A DNA stretch of 64,000 nt from the human T2T-CHM13v2.0 reference genome, Homo sapiens. The notes beneath the pieces are model-generated. The model was not told where the DNA came from and ran no database searches. It was given only the letters and a program-made list of their open reading frames with translations. This document shows positions 1 through 12,819 of this stretch, in pieces (positions within the stretch are counted from its first letter, which is position 1; the number at the start of each line of letters is the position of its first letter). The position numbers were made by a program, and so were the translations under genes. Location of the stretch: NCBI RefSeq assembly GCF_009914755.1, contig NC_060936.1; one strand, 5' to 3'.

Positions 1-29
1 GAACCGCAGCCCTCCAGCTCGGCTCCCTC

Positions 30-655
30 AACGGCCTGCGCTGCAGCCACACTGGCCTCCTTTCAGGTCCTCCACCTCAGGGCTATAGCTCATGTGCTTC
101 CTTCTTTCTGGAATGTTTTTCCTGACCTACCCACTCACCGTGAGATTTTTACCACAAATGCTATTTCCTCACATCCGCCTTCCCTGACCCCTGAGACCAA
201 GCTAGGTCCCCCATGATGGGCCTCGCAGCACCTCATCTCCCCTCCACAGAGGCGGTGATAACCCACAGAACCCAGGGCCACGATCCCTGGCTTTGAACCC
301 TGGCTTTGCCACTCGGCCAGATCTCTTTCTGTGCCTCAGTTTCCTCATCTATAAAATGGATAACAGCAGCGCCTGCTCATAAAATGTGGCAAGGATTAAA
401 TGAGTTAACGCACTCAGATCAATGGTGGAGCAAGCTCCATGATACATGAAGATTAGTGATTACAAAATACTATAAATAGGCCTTATCACAACTGTAATTA
501 AATAACTGATCATTAATTGGTTATTTAGGTCTGTCTCTCCTGCCAGAGTGTATACACCAGTTGGACAAGGACGCTGCCTTATTCATCACTGGATCTATAG
601 TGATTTGCTCAGTGCCTTGCACACAGGCACTGTTGGGTAAATATTTTCTGGCTGC
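30..655 (+). mobile_element. Ancient L2 3' fragments interrupted by a MIR (~255-440)
   Basis: MIR core ctctgtgcctcagtttcctcatctataaaatgg; L2-type 3' end cagtgccttgcacacaggcact...taaatatt. Confidence 0.6.
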
Positions 656-2814
656 AGGAAAGAGTGAAGGACTAACCTCCCCAACCCCCCTCCCACCCCC
701 GCCCCTTGCTACCTCGTGGGAGGAAGAGCATGAATTGGGAGAGCAGAGCCACCACAGGAAACCAGGAGGCTAGGTGGGGTGGAAGGGAGTGAGCTCTCCG
801 GCTCTCAGGAGCGAAAGCTTCCAAGTTGGGCTCTCCCCTTGGCCCCTTCCACCCAGGGAAGACAGCTGGGTCCGCCAGGACCAAGAATCCCCAAAGGGGC
901 TGCTCCCAGAGGTTGTGTTGCAGGGACTGGAGAGAGGACTTCCCAGTACAGGGGGTGGCCCTCTGATCAGGTGGGGGTGGGTGGCAGCAGAGCATTTGGT
1001 GGGAGGTCAGGAGCTCACAGGAGATGGGATTCTGCCGATGCCTGCTGAATGAATGAGGGAGGGAGACGGCAGGACCAGGGACTGGGGAATTGGTACTAAG
1101 GTGCTGGGTACCTGCCGGGCACTCTGTCCATACATGATCTCAGTTCAGCTCTCCACCTTGGAAACACAAGAAAGGAGCCGTGGCTGCAGAGAAAAACAGA
1201 GGCTGGAAACAGGGGTACATGGGCAGGGTGGTGGTGGTGAGAGAATTGCCCGAATCAGCTGCCAAATGGTGCCCAGGTTGGAAAAGCAAATGTGCACACA
1301 TGGGTTCTTCCCACTCTAACCCTGAGGAATTAGAGGCCTGCTTCTGACACAGACTGGGCAGTGGCTAGTGACTCTAGGTATAGAGTATCCAGGCCCTGCT
1401 CACCCAGGCTAGAGCTTAGGGAGCCAGAAGGAAGGAGGTGCATGTTGGGGTGCAGGACAGGAGGGAAAAATACTCGAATTGCAAGGTGAGGGCACAGTCT
1501 ATTTATATTGGGTTGAATTAACTCCTCCCCCTGATGCCACTAAAGCAGGAATCACACTGCAGATGGCACTGATTTGATTGGCAAGAGACATGCCAGGAAG
1601 AATATTAAGGGACCGGACCCCTATAATTAGGCCTAATCATAGCCTGTTGTTTGAAAAGGGCATGAAGGACATTCATCAGGCCTGGCACTGTGCCCTAGAC
1701 CTGCTCTCCTGGGTAGTGGGACCCTCCGTGGCAACAGAGGTGTGGGTGGGCCTGGGTGAGTGTGGCAAGAAATGCCTCGGAGGCTCTATTTGGCCTTAAA
1801 GTGCTGTGTGACCTTGGATAAACTGCCCTCTCTGAATCTCTGGTCCTTTCCATTTCCCATTCTCCAGGCTGAGAACTGCACTGTGATATATGGTTATTCC
1901 CATAATAATAATGTGTGTATCATGCATAATGCACTGCACCTCTTCACCACGCTGGTGCCCACTCTTCTGCTCCCCCTGCCGGCTTCCTCAGCCCCTTCTA
2001 CCCTGATGGTTCTCTCCTTTCCTCCTCAGGCCAGCACTTCCCATGATCTGAGATGTCCGTCCTCCTTCCTCTTCAACTTTTTCTCCAGCAGTGAGTTCCT
2101 CCTCCTAACTGAGGCTTCCAGGAAGGATATCCTCTGCTTCTCAGACCTGAACCTGCCTTGAATACTCATGAGGACCCAGGAGCTACTCCTCACCTCCCAC
2201 TTCTCTTCCCTCCTGTCAGATAACCAAGGCACGGCCAACTGATCTCCAACCATCTGAGGAACCCAACCGTGTGAGACCACCCACACCTTTCAAGAATGTT
2301 CCTCCCCTCCCCTTCTTTGTATTTATACTGATGCAAATTTGCTGGCCATCTTAACTCAGTCCTGTGCCTCAGTTCTCCCACCTGTAAGATCAGGAGGAGG
2401 ATAAAGATGTAAGACTTTCTGCACACGTTTTAAGATGAATTCCTTGTTACCACATCTGAGGGTGTCTGTGTTTACTGTACTATCCACGTGAGAGGATTGT
2501 ACAGACACGAATCTAAACAAGGAAGTAGCAAGTCCATTCAAGCATTAAGAGGCTGATTAGTGGTTTATTCATTCTGTCTGCAAGCATCTACTGATCATCT
2601 ATTCAGTGCAGACCATTATCACAACAAAGGTGAATAAGACACTATGCAATAGCCAGGGAAACAGCCTCAAAAACAGTTAAACTCTAATCCAGCCATGAGT
2701 ACAATGCTAAGGAGGGACAAATTCCCTTCTAGGGCTAGGGAAGTCAGGAAAAAACCTCTCAGCAGAATGTGTGCCTCTCTACCAGGCCCAGGGAGAAGGT
2801 GCAGAGACAGCATT

Positions 2815-3118
2815 CCAGGTGGGGAGCAGTGGCTCACACCTATAATCCTAGAAGTTTGGGGGGCCATGGTGGAAGAATCAAGACCAGCCTGGTCAACATA
2901 GACTCCTGTCTCTACCAACAAATATATATATTTTAAATTAGCTGGGTGTGGTGGTGCAGGTCTGTAGTCCCAGCTGCTAGGGAAGGATGAGGTGAGAGGA
3001 TCATCTGAGCTCCAGGAGGTCAGTGGAGGCTGCAGTGAGCCATGATCATGTCACTGTACTCCAGCCTGGGCAACACAGTGAGACCCTGTCTCAGAAAAAC
3101 AAAACAAAACGAAACGAG
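2815..3118 (+). mobile_element. AluJ-type SINE
   Basis: gcagtggctcacacctataatcc...gcctgggcaacacagtgagaccctgtctc plus A-rich tail. Confidence 0.9.
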
Positions 3119-3306
3119 AGAACATCCCAGGTAAAAGGAACAGCTTGAACAAAGGTACGTAGTGAAACGGCAAGTGGTCTTGAGTGGTGGGGACACAGTC
3201 ATCCTTGAGGAAGTACCAGGAAAAAGAATGATAAAGAGAGGCCAGTTTGTGAAAAACACCCAAAACCAAGGCTAGGAGTCTGGTCTTGAACCAGGAATGA
3301 AATCCT

Positions 3307-3828
<522 letters not shown>

Positions 3829-4469
3829 TCTCCTATTTCTTTCTATGTTAAAATCACATATGTGATTTCCATATTTTTCTTTTGTTTTCTTTTTGCCACA
3901 CTCAGTGTCCTGTGATTCCAAAGAAATGAATCCCAGTTCTTTTCAGGCAGGAGCTATCCTAGAATGGATTCTGGCGTAAGCATCAAAATCATTCATAACA
4001 TTATCATTTTATGGCCCCTTCGTTCTGTATCTGGTAGCTCTTAAACTATTATCATGAAGATAATCATTATTGTGCCTCTCTCAGCAGATGGTATTTCCTT
4101 ATGCTACAATGGTACTACAAATATTAGCTCATAATACCCATGTATGTTAGAACCATTCTAACACCTTCTCAAGAACTATTCCATTTAACTCTTAATCACA
4201 GTGAATTTATTATTATCTCCTATGTTACATAAGGAAATGAAGTTGGAAAGACCACATGGCATTTTTTTTCAACATTGAAACCCTACTTGAGATCAAGCCC
4301 AAACTTGAACCTATGTTGTCTGACTATAGAACTTCTGTTATTTATCAGTATGTTTTATTATTTTTATACATTAAAATTGAAGATCTTGGAGTTTAAAAAT
4401 TTTTTTAGTACTACCGATTGTAAGACCCCTTTTTATGATACTTTGTCTTTATGTAAACCTAAACTATAC

Positions 4470-4474
<5 letters not shown>

Positions 4475-4521
<47 letters not shown>
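4475..4521. repeat. (TA)n microsatellite
   Basis: direct reading. Confidence 0.95.
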
Positions 4522-4525
<4 letters not shown>

Positions 4526-5565
4526 GAAAAACAGAGAGTCTTACACTAACCACCCCCCCCCGTGTGGTCAACATTTTTGTTACTTTAAGATACACCACCC
4601 CAATTAACTTCACAACAAACTTTGGAGTCATGTAATACTATCTATTTTTAGGAATGAGAAAATCCAGGCACAAAGGTTAATTGGCAATTATCTTTTGCAA
4701 AGTCTGTGGTGCTCATCTGAAAAGATGACGATCACTTCTTATTTAGTGGAAAGACAATAAATAGTTGATAAGTAATAGTCTTCCATCAGGGAGTTTTGTA
4801 ATGAGAAACCCTGACTCCTCAGTTCCCCAGTGGATGACTGCAGTTCACTCTCGGTCTTTGCTATTGTGTTACCTGCTTATCCATTTTGTTACCTTTTAAT
4901 GCATTACATAAATGCATAAATATTCTTTAATAATGGTGCTTTCCTCACATCTATGCCATCCGTGTTCATCAAGATCTTCTTTCAGTTTCTTTGACAACTA
5001 AAACTGTACATATGTATTGTGTATGGCGTAATATTTCTACTGCACAGCATTGCTTTACACAATGTGGTAAAAACTATGGACTCTCCCAGGAAAATGCACA
5101 CACACCGTACCCCTGTCTCATAAGGCAGTTTATAGTTTCAAAGTGCATGGAGCCCGTCCTGCACACCATTCTCCCACACCCCGCTCCAGCGCCTCTCCCC
5201 GAGTTACAGACCTCACTGTGGGCCCCCCGGGAACCAGCGCAGAGGTTTAAGCGGTGTGGGGTCAACTCCAAGGGTCAGGAGTTGGCAACTGGTTGGTTCC
5301 CCATATAATTGATGCCCCCGACACAGCATCTCCCCGAACCAATAATAGAAGCTTCTGACTCCTTCGCCCACCCTTCTGACTTCTTCTTGCTTCTCCCATG
5401 GAAGCAGGTGTGGGAACCGCTGAGCGGAACACCCTCCCCCAGCGGGAAATCCGGGACACGCAGGAGCCTCAGTGAATCCGACCATTGTCTCATCTCACCA
5501 GGCAGGTGCCTCCTCCATCCTATGTGCGATCAACTTTATTACTACAATTATTAATATAAAGCTGT

Positions 5566-6109
5566 TGTAACCAAGTGGGTAATAGAGGAACGCCACACTT
5601 TGAGACTAATTCAGGAGTTCTTTATTAGCCAGCGATCGAGAGACGGCTAGCGCTCAAAATTCTCTCAGCCCTGAAGAAGGGGCTAGATTTTCTTTTATAC
5701 TTTGGTTTAGAGAGGGGAAGGGGAGCCTAGCTATAGCAATCTTATAGAAGTAAAACAGGCAAAAAAAAGTTAGACAAATGGTTACAGGAAAACAAATGGT
5801 TCCAGGTGCAGGGGCTTTAAATCCATCACAAGGTGATGGGTGCAAGGGCTTTGGGTGCTATCTACTGGATACAAATGCAGGGGCTTAGGATACTATCACC
5901 CGAGCGAATTCCTGGGAACTGCGGACATAACTTGCCACAGGACCTTATCAGTTAATTGCACTCTGATGTGCTGGGAGTCAGCTTGCACAAGTTAAGTCCT
6001 TGAGGAATTGGGTGGGCAAGGAGCTGCAAGTGAAGGAGCCAAAATGGAGTTTGTCTGGCTCTCTCAGCTAAGGGAGACTCAATTCAGGTTAAAACAAGGT
6101 AGCATATCA
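5566..6109 (-). mobile_element. 3' LTR of HERV-T/HERVS71 (LTR6 family)
   Basis: Minus strand begins TGATATGCTACCTTGTTTTAACCTGAATTGAGTCTCCCTTAGCTGAGAGAGCCAGAC and ends ...GGTTACA; preceded by a purine tract (agtggggaata). Confidence 0.85.
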
Positions 6110-6330
6110 TATTCCCCACTTGTTACAAGAGGGTTATATTGGGCTTTAAGATATATAAGTTTGACAGAAGCTATGTGTTGCTTTATAAAGTTAAGAAACC
6201 AGTTTTAACTTACGAGGTTTGAAGACTAAACAAGAGGAGGAGAAAGGGGTCCCGCCAATCCAGTAATTAGAGTAGTTAGTCATGGATTACAGTTAAACAT
6301 GCTTTGGTACTAGGGGGTGTTATGAATTTG
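6110..6330 (-). pseudogene. env: HERV-T env remnant (TM C-terminus only)
   Basis: Minus translation YQSMFNCNP*LTTLITGLAGPL...FLNFIKQHIASVKLIYLKAQY; SU and most of TM are deleted. Confidence 0.8.
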
Positions 6331-8310
6331 AGCAGGAATGCTGTCCACTTTCAGAGCCGTCAGTGTGGTGAGGATGACAGTATGAGGTCTTTTCCAGGCA
6401 GGAGTGAGTCCTTTTTTTTTTTCTTTTGGAACTTTTTAACATACACCAGGTCACCCGGCTGGAAAGAGTGGCAGAGCCCCGTCTGGTCAGGAACTGGGTT
6501 GGGATGAGCTCCCCGGACAAGCGGCTGGATGATGTCTTGTACCTGTTGGAGAGACTGCAGGTACTGTAATAAATTAGCTTGTGAGATTTCTGCTAAATGG
6601 GTATCCCTTAGCTTAGGCAAGATAGGCGGAGCCCTCCTATACATGATTTCAAAAGGTGAAAACCTAGCCCGGTAAGGAGTGCATCTCACTCTAAGAGGGG
6701 CTAAAGGAAGGAGTCTCACCTAATTTTCACCGGTCTCTAAGATCAATTTTGTAAGAGTATTTTTTAGGGTGTGGTTCATGCGTTCTACCTGCCCAGAGCT
6801 CTGGGATCGAGAGGCACAATGGAGCTTCCATTGAATGTTTAGTGCCTTACTGACTGACTGAGCTATGGACGAGGTGAAGGCCGGTCCATTATCAGACCCT
6901 ATGGCAGCAGGCAGCCCATGTCGAGGGATGATTTCATTGAGTGAAAACCTAACTACCGTGGTGGCAGTCTGGCAGTCTCGTTCTTGGTGGCAAATGCCTC
7001 AGTCTATCCAGAAAAGGTGTCTAGTAGTACCAGAAGGTATTTGTACTCTGCCTGGTGTGGTTTTATTTCTGTAAAGCCAATTTCCTACCTTCTCCTGGCG
7101 AGCCTCCCCGGAGGCGGTGGCCTGAGCTGGGTTTAGGACCTTGCTTGGCGTTCACCTGGGCACAAGCCGTACACCGGAGAGCTGCTTGGTTCGCTAAGTC
7201 CTGAAGGTGGGGGATCTTGAAACGGCTCCTTAGAAGCTGGGCCAGGTTTCCTCCTTCTAAATGGGTGGTAGAATGCAGACAACTGATTAAAGTTTCCCCG
7301 AGAGCTTGGGGTATGAAGATTCCGGAATCAGGAAGAATCCACCAATCTTCCTGATTTTTACTGGCCTGAAGATCCAAAGCCTATTTTTCCTCCTCTGGGG
7401 AGTATTCTGGGTGATCTGGTAAGTCAGGTTGCGGAAAGGACACTGCAGGCAGCAGAGTCAGAGGCGTGACTGGGAGTTGAGCTGCCTCCCAGGCTGCAGA
7501 GTCTGCTCTTTGGTTACCACAGGCAATGGCCATGTCTTCTTTTTGATGTCATTTGCAGTGAATTACAGCCAGCTGTTGAGGGAGCCAAACAGCTTCAAGC
7601 AGGGCCAAAATTTCTTCTTTGTTCTTGATAGCCTTTCCTGCTGAGATGAGTAGCCCATGCTCTTGGTAGATGGCTCCATGTACATGCACAGTAGCAAAAG
7701 CATACCTGCTGTCAGTGTGAATTTTAATACATTCGTCGTTACCCTATCGGAGGGCCTGAGAGAGGGCAATCAACTCAGCCCTCTGTGCCGAGGTACCTGC
7801 TGGCAGTGCTTGGGCCCACAGTATATTCGTCTCCGTAGTGATGGCAGCACCAGCCTTTCGAACTCCCTGCTCAAGGAAGCTGCTACTGTCTGTAAACACA
7901 GTGGCATCCGCCTCCTTTAAAGGCACGTCTTGGAGATCAGGTCGGCCAGTTTCCGTAGTCTCTAACAGTTCTTGGCAGTCATGGACAGGTGTGGTAAGGT
8001 CTGGGTCAGGGAGCAAGGTAGCTGGATTTAAGCATCTTGTGGGAGAGAAAGTTAAATGAGGCTGATCTAACAGTAAACTGTGATACTGCAGGATGCGGGC
8101 ATTTGACATCCATTTGCCAGAGGCACTTCATAGTAAAGTGTCTACAGCATGAGGACCTGTAAGGGTTAAATTTTGGCCCAGAGTCAGTTTATCAGCTTCC
8201 TGGACCAGGCTCGCTGTTGCTGCTACTGCTCACAGACAACTTGGCTACTTGGTGGAGGCCACAGGGTCTAGCCTCTTAAGACAAGTAGGCTACCGGACGT
8301 CACCATGGCC
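6330..8310 (-). pseudogene. pol: HERV-T pol remnant: RT connection, RNase H, integrase (frameshifts and stops)
   Basis: ORFs 7744-8109 (VFTDSSSF...GTSAQRAELIAL), 7063-7377 (LHSTTHL...CTACAQVN zinc-binding motif) and 6360-6719 (FSPFEIMY...FQPGDLVYVKK). Confidence 0.92.
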
Positions 8311-8369
8311 CTCCACTGTGGCGGTCACCGTGGGCTACTGGGGGCCAAGAGAGAAGGAGCCCCGGTCTC

Positions 8370-9938
8370 GTCAGTCATCAGACTCCTCCGCTGCGGGGAG
8401 GGTGAGGACTTAATTTTTCTTTTCTGGTTTTTCCTCTGGCTTTAATGGGCATTCTTTTTTCCAGTGTCTAGTCTGCTTGCAATAAGCATGTTGGTTTTTC
8501 TCCAGGGGAGCCTGCTCGCCTTTCTTGCCTTTCTGGCGGGGACCTGGGGTTCCCTGGCCATTCCTCTGTGATGGGGGCCTTTCCTTCTTGGCTTCCTGGA
8601 TGGCCGCCACTAAGATTTTCGCATGTCTTTTGGATGCCTTATCGGCGGCCTTTTCAGTTGCCTGAGCTGCCCGTTTTCGCTTTTCAAACTCTCGATTGTC
8701 AAAAACTTTCTGGGCTATCTCTAGAAGTTGGCTAATGTTCATTCCAGCAAATCCTTCCAGTTTTTGTAATTTTCTTTTAATATCAGGGCCTGCCTGAGCC
8801 ACAAATGCCAAATTAATAGCACAGCTATTCTCGGGAGCCGCCGGGTCAAAAGGGGTGTAACTCCGGTAGGCCTCCTGGAGGCGTTCCAAAAACGCCCCCG
8901 GTGGCTCATCAGGCCCCTGGACAACTTCAAATGTCTTAGACAAATTTATGGGTTTTCGAGCAGCTCCTTTGATACCCGCAAGGAGATACTGGTGAAAATC
9001 ATCTAAAGCTCTCTTCCTGCCTGAGGAGTTTGGATCCTAATTAGGCCGGGTAGAGGGAAAACCTCCTCTAGGAGGTTATGAGCTTCCTCCTCTGGTCTAC
9101 CGTCTGATGTAAGGAAATATTTTCTGGCCTCTCTTCGGGTACGTTCCTTCTCTTCAGAGGTGGAAAGGGTTAAAGGGAGCTGTTGACAGTCCTCCCAGGT
9201 GGGCCGGTGAGTCCGGAGCATGGACTCCATCAGTGAGGTCAAGACCTGGGGCTTTTCAGAAAAGGGGGGGTTATGAGTCTTCCAGTTGTACAGGTCAGAA
9301 GTAGAGAAGCGGACATAAACTAAGAATGGGCCTGAGTGCTTATCGCCCGGAGGGACTTGTGCCTCCTCAGCGGGAGGAGGGGGGCTACCTCCTCCTGCCG
9401 TGGCCGCGATCAGGAGGCAATAGGTGGAGAGCCCACAGGGGAGGTAGTGCAGGAGACAAGAGAACATTCTGAGGGAGCAGGAGGGTTATAAGGCGGTGGA
9501 ACTGGGTGAAGGAAACTTTCCTCTTCCTCACAAGGAGGCAATACAGGAGGAGCCGAGCCGGCTGAGGGTCGAGGCGAAAGTGAGGTCTGGCTCAAAAGGA
9601 CCTTGGAGGTAGAATTATGAATGGCGCATGAGCGGAGCCGTGGAGGAGGGCTCCGGACCAAACTCAGCCATTGATCAATGTAGGGAAACTGATCGGGGTG
9701 ACCGGGAGTTCCAGCAACAACCCGCCACACAGTCTGAACAATTGCGAGGTTCAGTGACCCTTCTGGGGGCGGGGGTGCACCTGACTCTAAACTTTGGCCA
9801 TTCTACTCCACAGAGTGTCCAGAGTTTGCCTTTTTTAAGGCGGAGCCTATAATCCTCTGAGAAGCCTAGAGAGAAATTTTGTAACATACATTGGAGAGGG
9901 CTCCAAGCTTTATGAGGCCAGGAAGAAGAGTTTCCTAT
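8370..9938 (-). pseudogene. gag: HERV-T gag remnant (MA, PPPY, CA with MHR, NC knuckle)
   Basis: ORFs 9675-9887, 9410-9730 (PDQFPYIDQW, PPPY), 9003-9467 and 8410-8943 (VVQGPDEPPGAFLERLQEAYR; HAYCKQTRHWKKEC); the start codon reads ATA at 9938. Confidence 0.93.
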
Positions 9939-10440
9939 TCTGGAGGCAGTTTAACAAGGTTTGAGCAGAGATATTAAACTTAGCATGGACAGAGAAATTC
10001 ATGACCTAGGGGGGCTGTAGTATCAGAAGAACAGAAATAACATAACCAGAAGGAGTGGCAAAACAGCTATAACCAACACTTCCTGCCGCATAAGGTTTGT
10101 CTTCTTAAGCTTTGAGACTTAGGGAGAGGACACGTGGCAGGTCTGAGGCCCGTGGGACCTATGTGACTTCCCTCTCCCCTTTGACTTATAACCTAAATAT
10201 CTTTGGTGTCTCCACGACTCAAAGGCAAAGAGTTCAGACTTGGCCCTTTCTTTTAAGGGTTTGAGGAGGGAGAGAAGAGCCAAGTCTTGGAGGCGCTGGA
10301 CTTGCTGCGACACAGGAAAACGAGATGTGCAGGGCAAGGGATGGCGATGAGGAGGAAAGGGGCCACTTGGATCTTTCCTAAGGTAGGAGAGTAGTCACAG
10401 AGGATAAGAGTCCAGCTGGAGTGAAGCAGTACGGGGGTAG
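9939..10440 (-). mobile_element. HERV-T leader region; 5' LTR and PBS missing
   Basis: Lies upstream of gag; no second LTR6 copy is found; abuts MER53. Confidence 0.65.
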
Positions 10441-10451
10441 TCCTTCTATTT

Positions 10452-10663
10452 TAGGGTTGCCAGATAAAATACAGTATGCAAAATCAATGTGCATTGGAGA
10501 AAATAATTTATTATTAGAGAATACATAATTTCTTTAGCATAAATATGTCTTGTGCCATTCTTAGTTTGGGACATACTTATGCTAAAAAATTATTTGTTCT
10601 TTATCTGGAATTCAGAATTAACTAGGCATTTTATATTTTTATTTGCTAACTCTGGCTACCTTA
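10452..10663. mobile_element. MER53 palindromic MITE
   Basis: Terminal inverted repeats TAGGGTTGCCAGA / TCTGGCTACCTTA; internal palindrome. Confidence 0.85.
10525..10593 (+). ncRNA. MIR1302: miR-1302-like hairpin; mature-sequence match at 10566-10586
   Basis: TTGGGACATACTTATGCTAAA matches the recalled mature miR-1302 and pairs with tttagcataaatatgtct (10533-10550); expression unknown. Confidence 0.55.
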
Positions 10664-10756
10664 TTCTCTTCTTAATATTCTTCAACTCTACTAGCTTTGC
10701 CCTCCTTCCCTGCCCCCTCTTCTAGGGGAGTCGGATCGAGTTGTAAGGAGAACATG

Positions 10757-10897
10757 CCCTCCCCTCCCCTCCCCTTCCCTTCCCCTCCCCTCCCTTTCCC
10801 CTCCCTTCCCCTTCCCTTCCCTTCCCTCCCCTCCCTTTCCCCTCCCTTCCTCTTCCCTTCCCTTCCCTCCCCTTCCCTTCCCTTCCTTCCTTTTCCC
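10757..10897. repeat. (CCCTT/CCCT)n polypyrimidine tract
   Basis: ~140 bp of C/T only. Confidence 0.95.
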
Positions 10898-10899
10898 AG

Positions 10900-11480
10900 T
10901 TTCTATATACTGTATTAGTCACTAATCTAAGTGTTCTAGGTACAACAAACAAAACCACATCAAAATAATCCACAGCTCCCCACTGCTCTCAGAGGCCTAC
11001 ATGCTGGTGGGAGAGATGGCAATTAAACAAGATTAGTAAGTAGGGTAGAGAATATTAGAGAGGAAGATGTCCTGAGAAGAAGAAATAAATCAGGAAGAGG
11101 ATATGAAGTGCTGGGGAGTTGAAATTTTAGATGGGGTGGGGCTTGACAAAGCCTCCCTGAGAAGGTGTCTTCCGAGGAAAGGCTTGCAAGGAAGGGAGGG
11201 TAGGTGTTTGGGGGAAGAGCATCTAGACAAAAAAAGACAAGTACAGTGCAAGGTTCTGGAGGCAGGCGCGCACTTGGCTACTGTGTTTGAAAATGAGGGC
11301 GGTGCGGCTGCAGGGGAGAGGACGGGGGGTGGACAAGAACTATGGGGTGGCCAGGTCCTATGGGGCTGTGGGAAGGACCTTGAACTTTACTCTGAGGAGC
11401 ATGGGAGCCATCGCAGAGTATTGAGCAGAAGAGTGGCATGACCTGGCTGGATTCTTTCATAGAGTCCTTCTGGCTGTGAT
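10900..11480 (-). mobile_element. L2 fragment
   Basis: gcctccctgagaaggtg...tactctgaggagcatgggagccatcgcagagtattgagcagaagagtggcatgacct. Confidence 0.7.
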
Positions 11481-12374
11481 ATTACTCTCTATTAGACAGG
11501 AAAGCTCCTTGAGGGCAGGCATTGTGTCCTATTGACCTTTATTATAAGGACATAGCACATCTAGCCTGTAGAAGACTTCAATATGTTTTTTCAAATGAAT
11601 GAAGAACGACTGAATGAATGCATGAATGAATGCTGTCTCCCGACAGCCAGATCCTGGCTCCTAAGGACTCCGGGAGTCTTCTCACTGTCGAAGGAAAACT
11701 CTGGTAGAGGATGCTGCCAGCAGCCAAGTCCCTGGGGCTCTTAGCTGCTGCTGTGGCAGCAACACACATCCAAACCCGTTTTCCTTCTTGCCACATAGCA
11801 GGCTGCTTAATGGATCACTGTCACCTGGAGGGAGAATTTCAGGGGAGACCCTGCCCTGGGCTATCTTCTGATTGATGATGTCATCGAGCGTTATTAACAA
11901 AATTATAGACAAAGGTGGGAGGAATGGAGGATTTATTAATGGATGGCCTCAAAATTTACAACTATAGATTGTATTTATCGGTTCAAGCCAAGAGGCCCTG
12001 TCTACATTTCACCTTGACAACATCTTTGGGTTGAGCCTCATGCTTCTCCTTCCTTTACCACAGGTCATCATCTGTCTTCTCCATAGTTCATAGAACAAAA
12101 AACAACATGAAGTCCCACAAGAGCTAGTATTTCTTGTGAGGATTTAATCCTCTGAATAACTATGAAATGGGAAGCATAATTAACTCCTTTTACAGATAAT
12201 GAACCTGGAGCTTGGAGAGTTAGTACCATGGCCAAGATCTCTGAGATAGGAAGTGGTGATACCCAGGACAGGAATCTAGATGCTACGATGCCAGAGTCTT
12301 GAACCAACCCCTATGCCTGCTGGCCTTGGGATTAACCAGAAAAATGAAAGTCCAGATCCAATTGCTTGAATTTG

Positions 12375-12805
12375 TTTTTTTAAAAAAACTTTTATTTTAG
12401 GCTCAGGGGTGGATGTGCAGGTTTATTTTATAGGTAAACTCATGTCACAGGGGTTTGATGTACAGACTATTTCATTACCCAGGTACTAAGCCTAGGACCA
12501 AATAGTTATTTTTTCTGCTCCTTTCCCTCCTCCCACCCTCCACCCTTTGCTAGGCCTCATTGTCTGTTGATCCCCTCTTCATGTCCATGTGTTCTCATCA
12601 TTTAGCTCCCACTTATGCGAACATGCAGGATTTGGTTTTCTGTTCCTGTCTTAGTTTGCTAAGGATAATGGCCTCCAGCTCCACCCACATTCCTGCAAAG
12701 CACATGATCTCATTCTTTTTCTATGGCTGCATAGTATTTCATGGTGTATTTGCACCACATTTTCTTTATCCAGTCTTCCATTTATGGGCATTTAGGTTGA
12801 TTCTG
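12375..12805 (-). mobile_element. 5'-truncated L1 3' end (L1PB/old L1PA)
   Basis: ggatgtgcaggtttatttt...ctcatcatttagctcccacttatg; TSD tgaatttgt on both sides. Confidence 0.85.
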
Positions 12806-12819
12806 TGAATTTGTGTGTT

